Assembly: GCA_963693365.1 (NCBI GenBank)
Contig: CAVNZM010000003.1
Coordinates: 8,662,046-8,726,045, forward strand
Length of the DNA stretch: 64,000 nt
Direction of reading: 5' to 3'
From: Amoebidium appalachense
Taxonomy: Eukaryota > Protista > Ichthyosporea
Part shown: one piece after another, positions 24,661 to 37,890 of the stretch
Layout of the letters: every line of letters starts with the position of its first letter
How positions within the stretch are numbered: position 1 is the stretch's first letter
Notes under the pieces: generated by a model
What the model was told of the DNA's origin: nothing
Database searches by the model: none
The model's input: only the letters and a program-made list of their open reading frames with translations
Translations under genes and position numbers: made by a program

Positions 24661-27414
24661 TATGTAATAGGGGTGTCAGATCCTACGATGGCGCTCATTG
24701 TTGCCTAGCATGTACATATGTCACTGGCTGCATTTGATTGGCTGTGCTGGAAAACGCAGTAGGCCGTCGAATGTGGCTGGGCCTCCGGCAATGTCCACGC
24801 AATAAAAAGTGTGTAAACCCTTAGGCTTGTGCGACATCGAAATGTGATGGGAACATGAATTTGAACACGGATGAAAGTCGGATGGGGGACGGATGGTCAC
24901 AGCTTTCGTTGACAAGAAATAAGTTTTGGACAAGGAAAAGACTGAGGACGCCAGGTCCCGGAAGCCCCATTTACATCGTGATGTTTATTGATCTGGGGGG
25001 GCTTCCGTTTCTGGGGTGACTCGATGTATATCTACGTCACACTTGTATGAGTTGTATTGATCTAATCCCCTGAGATCCTCAACCTAAACTCATTATAATG
25101 ATCACCGAATCTCAAATTTCGCGGCACGCGTCCAATTCTCTACATGTAATTCCGGTCACATTCCATCGTTTGCCTTATATATAGGCGACGCGAATGGTCC
25201 CGGGACATGAACCCACAAGATTTGAAATTCACCAATGAAAATATTTTTTCTTTTGACTGGATTATTCGACGGAAAGATATGCAAGTATGCACGGCATACT
25301 GAGAAGACAATAAAAAACTTCACGAGTTATCCAGTAACAAGTGCATACTGAGATACCTGAACACTGTGTGAAAACGTGTCCCAAGATTGTCATACATGAC
25401 CCACAGAAATGGAAGCCACGCGAAGATCTAGAAGAATGCGTGACGTCATTGTAGTTCTGGTCTGGTCACGTGGTGCGTGCTGACGGTAACGGTGTGGACC
25501 ATGTGGTCCACCGGTACCCGCGGCCACCAAGTTCCAACTCGGTGTGTGTCACGCTATATGCATGCACTACAGTCAGAGTAGTACGTGTAGGCTACACACA
25601 GAGCACGTGAAGAATGCATACCGTGAGGCACGGGATACCGTAGCTCATATCGATATATATCCATATGCATATCGAATACGCTGTGAACCAAGAACCACGA
25701 TGTGCATAGCAAGCTGGAGAACGGATATCTGCTTTTACTATGTACAAACTATGTTCTGTCGTACGCGTATTTGCCAAGGCCCCAAAACTTTAGTTTGAAG
25801 GTGAAACTGTAGCCTACGTTTTCTACTTCATGCACTACAATACATACTGTACGGTATGTAGGCTTCGGTCCGACGTTCCAAGTGAGAGAGTGTTTTGGGA
25901 AAGGAACCTATGGAATCTGTATTTTAAATACATGATATTGAACTAATCAAAAAGGCATTGCTAAGGAAGTGGGATCATTCATCTTATTGGGACATTTCTT
26001 CGCAGGTTATATTATGATTGGTTAATCTTATCACAAGCCTATACGGGAGAGAGGGAGGCAAATAGATCAATGCCGTACGCGTCGAAGTGATCGAACTCCG
26101 CAGTCCGCACTGGCGTCGACCACGGGATACTATGGGCCTATCCCGAAAGGAGTGGCTTGTACATTTGTAGCTGCAGCCTTGGGGTAAATTTATACGATAA
26201 ATAATTGCGATAGGATATACCATGGAACCATAAACTGCAAGGTACAACAGTACAGTGCTCTGTAGAACCCTGCCGTACGTGTGTAACAACGTGTTTTGTG
26301 ATTTTCATAAAAGAGACACGCGGCCCCTGAAATATATCCAAACAGCAACCTGAGCATGTATCCAATATGTAATTGGCATGTCGTACGTATGTATATGATA
26401 TATTTCTATTATTATTTCTACCTTTAGTGTGCATAAATATAGGTCTTTATGCATTTGAATTTGGCCTGGTGCCTTGCCAAATTCCGGCATTTGGCTAAAA
26501 GGTCGGAGAGGTCTTTTATCGGGTAATGCAAAGCTAATAAACGACGCTATAGCTACAAAACTTAGTGCTAGTGGACACCATGTGGAGCCGGCAGCATACT
26601 GTATACGTAATAGAGAACTGTTTCTGTGTGTGTGTGCGTGCGTGTGTGTATATTGTGTGTGCATGTGTGTGTGTGTGTGTAGCACACCATAAGAGTATGA
26701 TACAAAAAACTGGCCATCTATGTCAGTCAGGCCTGTTGAAGACATGCAAGACTGGGTGATGCACTGATGATGGAACGCTCGACTCGAAAATGTCCACACT
26801 CCTCCAAACCCCGATCACTCGACATCTGATTGGTTGCAAAATCTAACTTGCTATGCGGATGGCGATGAAGTCATAAATGAATGCATATGCACCATCTCAC
26901 ACAACTAATGTGAACGACTATAATAATTTACATATTATTTCTTTCTAACCAAATATACATGCACGCATACGGTTACGGCACTATTAACGTGAGTAAATCG
27001 CAAAGCGTTCAGTCCGATTCCAGTGTTGCCACAATGTCATGTCACGGACTCACGGTCGGCCTTTTCCGGACATGGTCCGAGATCTACACGCAGACCATGC
27101 ATACCGTATAGCCTATGTGATGGTGTTTCCAAGAGCTTTGTAGCAGGGAGCGCGGGGGGTATATGTCAAAACGGAACAAGCGGCAACTTCAATACAGAAA
27201 AAAGGGTTACAGAAAAGGAAATGTATTCGCGTGTGTTCGTGCAGGCACCGCCATAAGACGGCCAACGTACGTTATCTATTCATTGCGATTCGATTCATTG
27301 AATGAAAAATGGTTTGATCTCATTGGCTAATAGCAATGGCGCAACATGAACGCGTTTTGCCGGTGGAACACATACATGCATACCTGACATTCCTGATTTA
27401 TTGTGGCAGCCTCG

Positions 27415-27420
27415 TATAAA
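27415..27420 (+). promoter_or_regulatory. Putative TATA box of the cyclin gene
   Basis: TATAAA 170 bp upstream of the aaaATG at 27585, with attgg (CCAAT) at 27322. Confidence 0.45.
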
Positions 27421-27584
27421 TCCGACTGTTTAGAGCATAGCACACAAGCACAATCGTTCTGGCAGCCGAATGACAGGGTAATTTATTTTACGGTGCGCCT
27501 GGTCTATACACACAAAACACACGTACAAAGGCCATCAACACAATCACTCCCCCTCCCTTGTAACCATACACAAAGTAATCGAAA

Positions 27585-28340
27585 ATGTGCGTTAGCTTCA
27601 CCCACCAACACGCTCTTCCTCTGGGCACATTCATCACCACTCTCCTCCGCAGGGGGCACGTAACTCGTGCTGTTCTCGTTGTTTCTCTCATTTACATGAA
27701 TAGGCTCAATGTAGCGAGAGAAACACTTGCGGTAAATGTAAGCACAGAATCCGACATGGGCCAAGAATGCAACCATTGTGCGTACCTTGGCTGCTTGATT
27801 CTGGCGTCCAAATACGTTGACGATACACCCTTCCGCAATAAGCACTGGGCAAAGTGGGCCGAAGTAGACACGCAGCACGTTGCACGAGTTGAGCGGTCTA
27901 TTCTCAATGCACTAAATTTCGACCTCCACGTTCAAATGCCCCTGTTTCAAAACTGGGCAGGTGCCATTTACAACGGTGTCCGCGCGAATGAAAACGGTAT
28001 CCCCGAGTCTGCACGCGGGTTGATTATTTCTTCCTTCATCAACACCCAAGCCCTTGAAGCTGTCAACGCCGCTAACAACCAATCGTCGGCGTCGGTTAAA
28101 ATTCAATCTATGCCTACGCCCCCGGCTAGCCCTGTGGAAACACCTCAGGCGGCGGTTGCTACCCCATCTCCTGCCCAGTCTGCATATGTTACCCCCCCTG
28201 CTACCATGCATAGTTTTAGGCCTGTGGAGCGTGCGACACATACCTATTGCAACAGGTTCCAGCCGTATAGTTTAAATGCGCCTCACAGTAAGGGGTACAT
28301 GGGTGTGTGCGTACGTCGTAGTGTATGTGTACCCTATTGA
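27585..28340 (+). CDS. PHO80/Pcl-type (Pho85/CDK5 partner) cyclin-like protein, intronless
   Basis: Cyclin-box motifs LVVSLIYMNRL, LGCLILASKYVDD, NKHWA and ERSILNALNFDLHV; Pro/Ser-rich tail with PTPPASP. Confidence 0.9.
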   Translation: MCVSFTHQHALPLGTFITTLLRRGHVTRAVLVVSLIYMNRLNVARETLAVNVSTESDMGQECNHCAYLGCLILASKYVDDTPFRNKHWAKWAEVDTQHVARVERSILNALNFDLHVQMPLFQNWAGAIYNGVRANENGIPESARGLIISSFINTQALEAVNAANNQSSASVKIQSMPTPPASPVETPQAAVATPSPAQSAYVTPPATMHSFRPVERATHTYCNRFQPYSLNAPHSKGYMGVCVRRSVCVPY

Positions 28341-29078
28341 AAATGGGATTGTAATATATGAGAGGGGCAAAAACCCTCGATATTTTTTTCTGAAATGAAA
28401 ATGATGTAACACTAGTTAAATTAATTGTGAACGCTGATTGAAGAAAGAACTAGCCGACCCCTGGTGGGACGCTGTGAAACTATAAATGCGTGAATGAAAA
28501 ACAGGTCTTAGCCCTGACTGTATAATAATGCGTAATAAAACTTTTTGAATTCGCGAAATGAAACTCAATCGCGGTGTAAACCAAACGAGCCTCGCACATG
28601 AAGAATGTTGCTAGCCAATGAGTATCGATATGACATATCCTCTCTCAGAGGTCAGAATTGAGATCCTAGTTCCGGGGCCCGGCCTGGTCGAATGATTCGT
28701 TTGAATCCGGAATCCCGTATAATCGTGCAGGTTTTTCTCGTTCCCGGGAAGAAACACCATGGAGACATGCTTTAGTGTATCGTCTGTGTCAGGATACTTA
28801 CCATCTTGTGGGAGGATTCATTTCCTTTAATTAGTGCCTGTTTTAGAGGATCCTAGTAATGGCATAAATATGATTCAATAGCAGCTTAGTATTCTTTTTT
28901 CAGAGAGCTGCGCTCATTGTTAAGCCCCAAGCCCTCCCTCCCTTCCGCCCCTCCGTCTGTTTCAACATCAATGATTAATAACCCTGCACGTGATGCGTTA
29001 AGTCTGTATGTGCTTTGCAAAATATGCTGCTTCTTCATAATTTATGTTGTCGAAAATGAACGTACTTGTGGCGCATTC

Positions 29079-29148
<70 letters not shown>

Positions 29149-29586
29149 AAAAAACACCACCACAACATCCCACTCACCCAACCACCCAATACAGATCAGA
29201 GTGTCGAAACCCACACTTGAAGCCATCGGAAACACCGCTGAGAGGCAATCCATGTTCAAGCATATCCTGCCGGCACAATCGTCTGGTTTCTGTTTTGCAT
29301 ATTGTTGTGTGGATCCTTATCAGCGCTGTCTTTGTAGGTAGCTCCTGTTTCCAAGAGGTCAGAATCAAGCATAGCATAGATCTTCTTGTAGATACTGCGA
29401 CTGCTTGTGTACACGGTGTGCCATATTGGCAAAGTGGAGTCCATGTTTGTCACCCTCAAATCTTGACATGTTACCCCCTCCCCCCCCCCCCCTCCCCCTC
29501 CCCCCCCCTCCTCTCTCTCTCTCTCCTCCCCCCCGCGGCCTTAAAAAGAAGGCAAGCTGCTCAAGAAGAGCATTAATTGTTGCTAT

Positions 29587-29653
<67 letters not shown>

Positions 29654-31223
29654 AAAAAAAAAAAAAAAAAAAAAAAAAAAACTTGAAAAAGAAAAAAATC
29701 CCCCCCCCCCCCCCCCCCGGGGAGAAAAAAAGAAAATAGCGAGATAAGAAACAGAAAAAGAGAACAAGGCATGCAAGGAAACGAAAGATAAAATGAAGTC
29801 CCCCCCCCCCCCCCCCCCCCCCGTCCCTCCTGGATGTGCGGGCGCTCGTGTGTGCACGCGCACATCCGCAAACACAATTGAGAAACTAAAAGAAGAAAAC
29901 AAGAAAAGGAAACTTAGGAGAAGGCCGAAGGGGAGTGCGCGGGGGGTGGGGTGGGGGGGGGGGGGGGGGGGGGGGGAGGGGGGTAGGGAGCAGCCATCGT
30001 TGCCCATCGGTTTTGGCAACCAAAAAGCAAAAAGATCCTTCTTTAAGGGATTCCTTAAAGAAACATTCCTTTAGAGAGCCAAGCTTCAACTTCAAGGGAA
30101 TCGTGTGAGCATTTCTCAGGCCAGAGCTGGGGGCTGGGCCGTTTGGGACTGGGCTTGGGGGGGAGGGGGCCCTGGGGGGTGGGGGGGGGGGGGGGGGGGG
30201 GGGGGAGGGAGGGGAGGGGGGGGGGGGGGGGGGGAGGGGTTGGAGCTGTGAGTTTCCGTGTAGGTATACGTCACTCTACACTTAAAGACATTATTCAAAT
30301 AGCAGGGGGAGGGGTGGGTGGGTGGGTGGGTGGGGGGGGGGGGGGGGGGAGGGGGGAGAAGGAGGAATGGGGGGCTGAAGAGCCCCCGAAGGCTTGAAAA
30401 TAATTAGGCTACACACACACATGCACACAGCCTGACGGTATAGTCGGCGTGGATAGTCGTACTACTGGCTGGTGCCCGTAGTGCTGGTTGGGTGGGCGAG
30501 GAGGGGAGACGGAGAGGGGGAGGGGGGGGGGGGGGGGGGGGGGGGAGGGGGGGGGGGGGGGGCAAAAGGGATGGGGGGGGGGGGTTGGGGGGGAAAGAGG
30601 GGAGCATGGGAAAGGGGGAAGGATCGAGGGCGGAGGAGGACGCTACAGTGCCACGAGATTCTAATCAATTAGGACCTGGCCAGGTTCCAGTCTGCTCCGC
30701 TCCATTCACGTTAAGGCGTACATGCATGGATGGGAGCTGAGGGGGGGAAGGGGGGGAGTTCGGTGGGATGGGGAGGGGGGAGGTGGGGGGGAAGGATGCT
30801 CTAAGCGCCAGTTATGTTGTTGTGCATGTGTGACGATGTGTACTACGGCTGGGCCATCTCAGATCGGATCACGGTGACACTGTGCTGGTTAGCATACTAT
30901 TTTTCATAAACGTAACAGTCACTAACGTAACAATGAACAGCCGGTGTTATGTGTGTTTGCCTAGTGTATGTGTGAGCAGATGTGTGTGTGTGTGTGCGTG
31001 TGCGTGTGCGTGTGTGCGTGTGTGTGTGTGTGTGTGCATGTGTGTGTGTGTGTGTGTGTGTGCATGTGTGTGTGTGTGTGTGTGTGCGCACACACACACA
31101 TCAGCATAAGGGTGAGTGCCTTAAAGGGCTCGGTTGCCGTGTGTGCATGCGTGTGTGTGTGTGTGCGTGCCTGCGCGCGTGCGTGCGTGCGCGCGCGCGT
31201 GCGTGCGTGCGTGCGTGCGTGTG

Positions 31224-31267
<44 letters not shown>

Positions 31268-31670
31268 TGTGTGCGTGCATCCGTGCGTGCGTGTGTGTGT
31301 GCGTGCGTGCGTGGGCAAATAAATTCATCGTGTGTAGGCTAAGAACATAGTCAAAGAAGTGTATGTGCATGCATGCGTGCGTGTGTGCGTGCATGCGTGT
31401 GGGCGGCATGCATATGTGCATGAGTGCGGGTGTGGATGGCTCTGCGTGCGTGCTTGTGGGCACTACGTGTTTGCCGCCTGCATGCAAATCAGTGCAGCAT
31501 CTATGTGTGAAAGAGTGCATGTCTTTCTGGTGTGTGACGTGTGTGCAGTATGTGTGTGCCTGTCAGTGATGAGTGCATGTGAGCCTGTTTCCCCTTACTT
31601 AGAAAAAGGGGGGGAAACCGGAGCTGTATATCATACGGTAATGTGTCCGTTTTTGTTCAATACGACCCGA

Positions 31671-31998
31671 GGGCCCAGCCACACAGGCAGAGTTAACCTG
31701 CTCCGCGCAGAATTATTCTGCAAAACGAAGATTATTTCAGCAAAAAGCATAGAATTCTGCAAAAGCCAGAATTGTTCTGATTGCGGCAGCAGAATAAACT
31801 TGCACCGAGCAAAATATTTCTACTTTTTGCAGAGTATTTCCGCATTGCCGAATATTTCGGTATTTTGCAGAATAATCCTGCTGTTTGCAGAATAACCCTC
31901 TTTTGCTGAATAAGCCTGCATTTTGCATAATAAACAATTTTGCTCCTTGCAGATTCTGCTCGAAACAAGTTGGTTCTGCCAATTTGGATTAAACCTTT
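31671..31998. mobile_element. MITE copy 2 of the GCAGAATNATTCTGC family
   Basis: Left end gggcccagccacacaggcagagttaacctgctccgcgcagaattattctgc matches copy 1; the right end is a degenerate inverse (attctgctcgaaacaagttggttctgcc). Confidence 0.75.
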
Positions 31999-32390
31999 GT
32001 ACCTGCTCCAAGTATTAGAGTCGATCAATAAGTACGACCGACGAAAGTTTATATAGTAATGCACATCAGCACACAGTTACTAGAATGACTCAATGAAGGA
32101 CATGTACGCGAGTATGATACTGTTGTCTTGTTTCCGTTTATTTCCGCTTCATAATTATTTCAAATCTAACTCTAATGCATCCAGACATACAATGCCTGAG
32201 AACATATATTGCCATTACTGTACACTATCTTCAGGTACAGGGACTACTAAAATCCGGCTCTCGGTGCAAGTACTAATTAATTGCGACTAATCACTTACGT
32301 AAGTGCTGAACCAGCAGCACCTATTTAAATTTGGCACTCTACCGTACATACTATATACAGACTACCTATATAATTGCCACTTTATATTCT

Positions 32391-33167
32391 TTACCAGCAG
32401 CGAGCGTATCCGCTACCTGATTGGTACAGCATGGAGATGCCGTTAGCCTTTGCGGGGTCACATGCCGCACTGCCCTGCAACGAGTACTCAGCACCAAACA
32501 CAGCTTTGTTCTGTGCCTGGAACGGCTTGTACACATCACACTGGCCAAAACGTGGGCAGGATTCGTTGATGGCGAAGTCAAAAGAGTTGACCAGGTCGGG
32601 GATAAGCTCAAATGTGTTCTTCAGGCCAATAGCCATACCGCGGCTGTGTGCCTGCGATGCAAACCACTGTGCGTATTCCTTGGTTGCCGCCTGTTTCGCC
32701 GCCATGCTTATGCCCGGAACGCAGCCATCATATTCAAAGCAATCCATGTTATCTGCTTCGATAGCATCGCATCCCTTTGACTTTGCCAAGTCCATGCGTG
32801 CACTCATAACTCCTTGGAGGTCTTGCCAGTTCATAACGTTGAACCATGTTTCGCCGTTGTACGGTGCAGATGTGCTGAGTGCTGAGCTTGGTACCTGGTC
32901 GCGGTCTGGCCTATTCTGCTCAAGGGTACCGGCGTCAATGTAGCAGATAACTCGCTGACCCTTGCTGTGGTAACCCTGAATCTCCTCGGCTGTAGAATAG
33001 AATGTATCTACTTCGACTACATCTACGCCGTTTGTGTCGGAGCCAGGAAGGTAGGCTTTGTTTGCCCATGTCAGGCCCGTGTTCCATGACCCTGTTCTGC
33101 GGGAAACATGGTGTGGGGCGGCAGCGACGGAGGCAATAAAAGCAAAGATAAATGCGCTTTGATACAT
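32391..33167 (-). CDS. Secreted glycoside hydrolase family 114 (endo-alpha-1,4-polygalactosaminidase-like), 258 aa, intronless
   Basis: Signal peptide MYQSAFIFAFIASVAAA from the ATG at 33167. GH114 motifs VICYIDAGTLE, RMDLAKSKGCDAIEADNMD, AHSRGMAIGLKN and FDFAINESC. Confidence 0.9.
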   Translation of the reverse strand: MYQSAFIFAFIASVAAAPHHVSRRTGSWNTGLTWANKAYLPGSDTNGVDVVEVDTFYSTAEEIQGYHSKGQRVICYIDAGTLEQNRPDRDQVPSSALSTSAPYNGETWFNVMNWQDLQGVMSARMDLAKSKGCDAIEADNMDCFEYDGCVPGISMAAKQAATKEYAQWFASQAHSRGMAIGLKNTFELIPDLVNSFDFAINESCPRFGQCDVYKPFQAQNKAVFGAEYSLQGSAACDPAKANGISMLYQSGSGYARCW

Positions 33168-33270
33168 TTTGGCTATCAATTGTTCGTTTCGCAGAAGTTT
33201 TTTGAGTGTTGTGTTGTATTTTGATCTCGGTGCACAAACTGAATGAAACGTGTTTGCAATGCTCGCGGTC

Positions 33271-33278
33271 TTTATATA
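33271..33278 (-). promoter_or_regulatory. TATA box of the GH114 gene
   Basis: TATATAAA about 105 bp upstream of the ATG at 33167; supports that ATG over the track start at 33290. Confidence 0.6.
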
Positions 33279-34007
33279 CCCATGGCTCATAGTTTCCGCT
33301 AATCAGTTGTTGGGTGGATCCCCCAAAACTCATATGTGTGGGGCGAGTCGTATGTGTGTAACACTGGCGGATTTACGATTTTCCAGTTTCGACATTTAGG
33401 CCACGTAAAATTCCGTTACAGACATAGGACTGCATGTGGATCTACATATATAAAAAATCAATAAACTCATGCTAAATATGGGTATTTTGGTGTAACAAGG
33501 CTTCATTTTCCGTAGCTACTAGTTACATACTGTTACACACATATGGAAACGGGGTCTAAAATTCCCGGCAGGAGCGCAGGTACGGACATACAATCGCCCC
33601 CCCTTAGAGGTGTTGGGGGATTCATTGGGTGTTTCGGGAGCCAATCAAAAATCGACAAACGCCCAATCAAATACGGCCATGGCATCGGCCAATCAAAAGC
33701 TTCCAGATCTATGCTAAAGCAAACTTGTAGTATGTTGACTCTCGTAACTCGTTGTCGTTGAAGGTGGAAAATTACACGGGAAAAGTCTCCACATACGTGC
33801 CTTTCAGCTTCCCAAAGCAATAATAAATGTCCCTTTTTAGGATTGCATGATTATGTTACGCTGCTTTTCAGTTCGCCGAAACCCATGCAAGCAAGCATCA
33901 CCAGCATCGGCTCGAGTCATGGCACGTGCACGCCACATGATCACGAACTGTTTTGCAGATTTCATTGGCCGCATGCTTGGCCCGGGCAAGCCCTGGGTCC
34001 TGGGAGA

Positions 34008-34081
34008 GCACGTCCGAGGCTCCGAGCTCTGCCAGCACTCAGTGCACGTCCGAGGCTCCGAGCTCTGCCAGCACTCAGTGC
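34008..34081. repeat. Perfect 36-bp tandem duplication
   Basis: gcacgtccgaggctccgagctctgccagcactcagt x2. Confidence 0.9.
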
Positions 34082-34612
34082 GGCCCACGTGACAACTTTA
34101 AGCTCAGCCTGTGACTGACTGTGGGCAGTGGGTCACTGGCAACTGGTTGTAAGTTGTTCAACATGAACAAGGTGTTGGTGCCCGACTGCCCGGGGCCCGG
34201 GGCGGCCACCGGTACCCGGGAGCCAAGGATGCTGCAATCTCGAGCTCACCCTGTGACGTATGGCATGTATGGTTTCTCGCCGTATGTAGGCCATGAGGCT
34301 TTTTAAACATTGTCCCATATTCCTACTTTTTTTTCAGTTTCATAAAAACGTTTTGGCGCGCACATGTGTTCAACGTTCTCAATCAGTCGTCATCACTGGC
34401 AATGTGAGCCGTGCCGTTTGTTAATGCATGCGCATTTCAATCAGTTTCGAATTCCCATGAATATTGTAGATGGAGAACGTTTTGTTGAATTCTCATGGCC
34501 TACGTTCTGAGCCTCGGACGGCTATTATTAAAGGTGGCTAACAATCTGACATTTGGACTGCTTCTTTTGTGGGCTGTCCTTTTGTCTCACATTAAAACTA
34601 ATTGAACATAGT

Positions 34613-34992
34613 GGCCCAACGTCCCCAACCACATCAGTAGAATCATTCCCATACTTAGCACAGATCGATTCTGCTTCTAGCAGAATGATTTTGCTTTGTG
34701 CAGTATGATTCTGCTTTTTGTAGAATGATTCTGCTTTTTGTAGAACGATTCTGCTTTTGTAGAATGATTCTGATTTTTGCAGAGTGACTCCGCATTTGCA
34801 TGGAGTATTGCAGAAACTTGAGAATAATGCTGTTCTAAAGCTTATAAATTCACTGGTTCTGCTATCATTAGAAGACCTTTTTGCATAATGCAGAATAATC
34901 TTTGCAGAATAGTTCTTTCAGGTTTTTGCAAAAACGCTCTGCTCGCTGCAAGCTGATTTTGTGGTGGTGGTGGTGGTGCACATGGTGGGCCC
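34613..34992. mobile_element. MITE copy 3 of the GCAGAATNATTCTGC family (degenerate)
   Basis: Starts ggcccaac...ccaaccacatcagtagaatc, contains a tandem of gtagaatgattctgctttt, ends ctctgctcgctgcaagctg...tgggccc. Confidence 0.65.
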
Positions 34993-35004
34993 GGGGGGCG
35001 GCGG

Positions 35005-35043
<39 letters not shown>

Positions 35044-35269
35044 CTGCTGCATAGGGACCTTCACTTGAACACACATGTGCAGGAGAAGTTGCGCACATTC
35101 GCAACTGTACACGCATCGGCAATATTTCCGGCATCATGATAATATATATGCCACATACCCTTAAAAAAATGTAAAGTGACGGATTAAAAACAATTCGTTA
35201 AAAGATTCTCGCTGGACAGGAACACGTGCATAAGAGCACACCAGTCACACAAGAATACACACCGCCTGA

Positions 35270-35340
<71 letters not shown>

Positions 35341-35404
35341 AAAAAAAAGAAAAAAAAGAAAAGAAAGAAAAAAAGAAAAGAAAGAAAGAAAAGAAAAGAA
35401 AAAG

Positions 35405-35435
<31 letters not shown>

Positions 35436-35661
35436 GAAAGAAAGAAAAGAAAAAAGAAAGAAAAGAAAAAGAAAAGAAAAGAAAAGAAAGGAGGGCGCGC
35501 ATTAACACACACAGACACACGGCCTGCACACAAAACGGCGCCGGATTGCATCCGCGAGTGACGTACTCACACAAACACAAATTGTGATACATTCTGTCAG
35601 ACACATACATAGACATATGTGGCAGGCGGTGTGCGCGTGCACACACACGCACACGCACATG

Positions 35662-35762
<101 letters not shown>

Positions 35763-35884
35763 GGGCACGGCCAACCCAATCACCATTATGATAGCGGCCT
35801 GAATGTAGACGGTATGTGCAGTCCTTGCTGCTGCTGCTCTAGGGCATGCTAATCCGGCCATACATATCTATACTGTATATGCTT

Positions 35885-36150
35885 GCATGCCCATATTGGT
35901 TATATACCCTTATTTGGCCGTATTCCCATATTAGGTTGCATGCCCATATTTGGCTACATCATGCCAATGCCCATGTTCAGGTGTTCACGATGATGACGGT
36001 TGGCTGCACCAATCTTTGGCAAACATGTTCATATTTGGCATCTTTGCAATATATGCCCATATTTGGTGCCATGCCCATATTTGGTGGTATTCCCATCGCA
36101 CGCCCCATCTTTTGCCGCAGCATCCTACTATACCTCATGCCCATATACGG
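35885..36150. repeat. Degenerate 18-bp-period minisatellite with CC(A/T)6GG cores
   Basis: Perfect CArG-type 10-mers start at 35908, 35926, 35944, 36057 and 36075. Confidence 0.75.
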
Positions 36151-36902
36151 CTGTTGGTATCAAATCCCTCCCCTGTAGCTTGGATTTCCGCCTCCACCGG
36201 CCATCCAGACCATTGCTATAGTTTAGCTACCCGTGAGCGCATCCCTCCTTATGAGTGTATTAAGGCCCGGCTGGGGGCTTGTCATGGACATGTTTGCCAT
36301 ACCTGCCTTAAGTAGTGATGGCATTGGGCATAATGTCTCCGCATATATAATGTAGGTCCTCTCCGCATATATCGCCCGAACTAAAACCGCAGACAGGTGT
36401 TGCCCCAAAATCCCTCGGACCGCCCGTCTGTGCCTTCGAGCTTTGCAAGTGTCTGGCTCTTGCTTCCTTTTTGTTTGCGCTCAACGTGCACGTGCGTGCG
36501 CGTGCGTGTGTGTGTGTGTGTGTGTGCATGAATGTCTGTGCGTGTGCGTGTGCGTGTGCGTGTGCGTGTGCGTGTGCGCGTACGCGTGCGCGCGCGGTGG
36601 TGGTGTTGGTGGCCATGGTGGAGGTGGTGGTGTCTGGGTGGGTGGGGTGAGGATGGGGCAGAGATCTAATTTTAAGTGTGTGTGTGTGTGGGGGGGGGGG
36701 AGGGGGGGGGGGGGGGGGGGGGAGGAGAGGGGGGGGGGGGGGATTGGAAAACACAAGGACTTCACCTCAAATAGAGGACTAAGAGGCTTGATGCCAACTG
36801 GTGTGCGCTTTGGGTGTTGGTTTTTCTTATGTATGACTTTGTGGCTCGAGCCCCTCTGTATTTCCGAGTTTATCTTTGAGTGTTACGTGGTGGTGGTGGC
36901 CC

Positions 36903-36942
<40 letters not shown>

Positions 36943-37857
36943 GGAGGAGGCTTACACACCTCGCCCTCTGAAGAAGTATGTACAGGTGTCTCTGCGAGGT
37001 GAAGGCGAACTTTGGTGCACGGGTGTATTGTGTAAATGCTTGCATGGGTGTCTGATAATCAATTTCATTAAAGTTTGAGCAACAATTTTCTGGGTGACCA
37101 TGTCACAGGGTGCACCTTTTTCATATCACCAAGCTTAAGAACAACTTTCTTTCCCAACTGATGCCACACTGAGGAAGCATCAGGACATGTAATGGGTTGG
37201 TCACCCATCCAAAAGGTCCCACAAACCCTGGGTTTTCTTTTAAGCTCCTTTGTGTCAGTAGATTTTGGGACAAAAAACAGCCTGCCTAATCCCCGGTTTT
37301 GATGATAGATTTCAACGTACCACTCACAGCGAATTTTTGCGTGCAAGCACCGTGACGCTAGAATCACTCTCCTTATCCGTTTTGTGGCTCTCGCGTACGT
37401 GTGGGGGTGCTTGCGATTATATGAATGTTTGGGTTGGGGTGGGGTGGAGAGGGGTGCGCGTGTGGAGAGGGGGGAGGGGGGGGAGAGGAGGGGGGGGGGG
37501 GGAGGGGGGGGGGGGGGGGGGGGACGGAAAAAGCAGCAAGGACTTTACTTTAGCTTATTTCAGTTCCAAAGAAGAGGTGTCAGGCCTACACTGTCACCTG
37601 ATGGTGACGGAGAGGCTTATTGCCACACGGTGCGTTCCTTTGGGTGTGTACATGGGAGGGCCACCGGGTACTTGTGGTACGTGTTTTTTGCCTTGGGTGT
37701 ATGGTTTTGTGGGTTGATGGTGTTATCTATCCTTCGTTATTATCTTTGAGTGTATAGCTGAAAGGGAGGGGGAGGGGGGGGGGGGGGGGGGGAGAGGGGG
37801 GGGGGAAGAGGGAGAAGGGGGAAGAGGAGAAGGGGGGAAGGGGGTGGGTGGGGGGAG

Positions 37858-37890
<33 letters not shown>

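Larger units (their letters stand above)
19909..24820 (+). mobile_element. Non-LTR retrotransposon family A (ORF1 + APE-RT ORF2), full length; boundaries tentative
   Basis: Two-ORF LINE layout; 5' tandem repeats at 20211-20280; AATAAA at 24801. Candidate 7-bp TSD ttaggct at 19902-19908 and 24821-24827 is weak. Confidence 0.85.

Noticed and set aside
24942-25020. Hammerhead ribozyme (CUGAGGA followed by a stem)
   Set aside because: No GAAA after the stem, and stems I and III were not found.
28998-30095. Coding-like fragments between homopolymer tracts
   Set aside because: No consistent frame, splice chain or family could be assembled.
33168-33290. N-terminal extension of GH114 in the track
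   Set aside because: It contains the TATA box; the signal peptide starts at the ATG at 33167.
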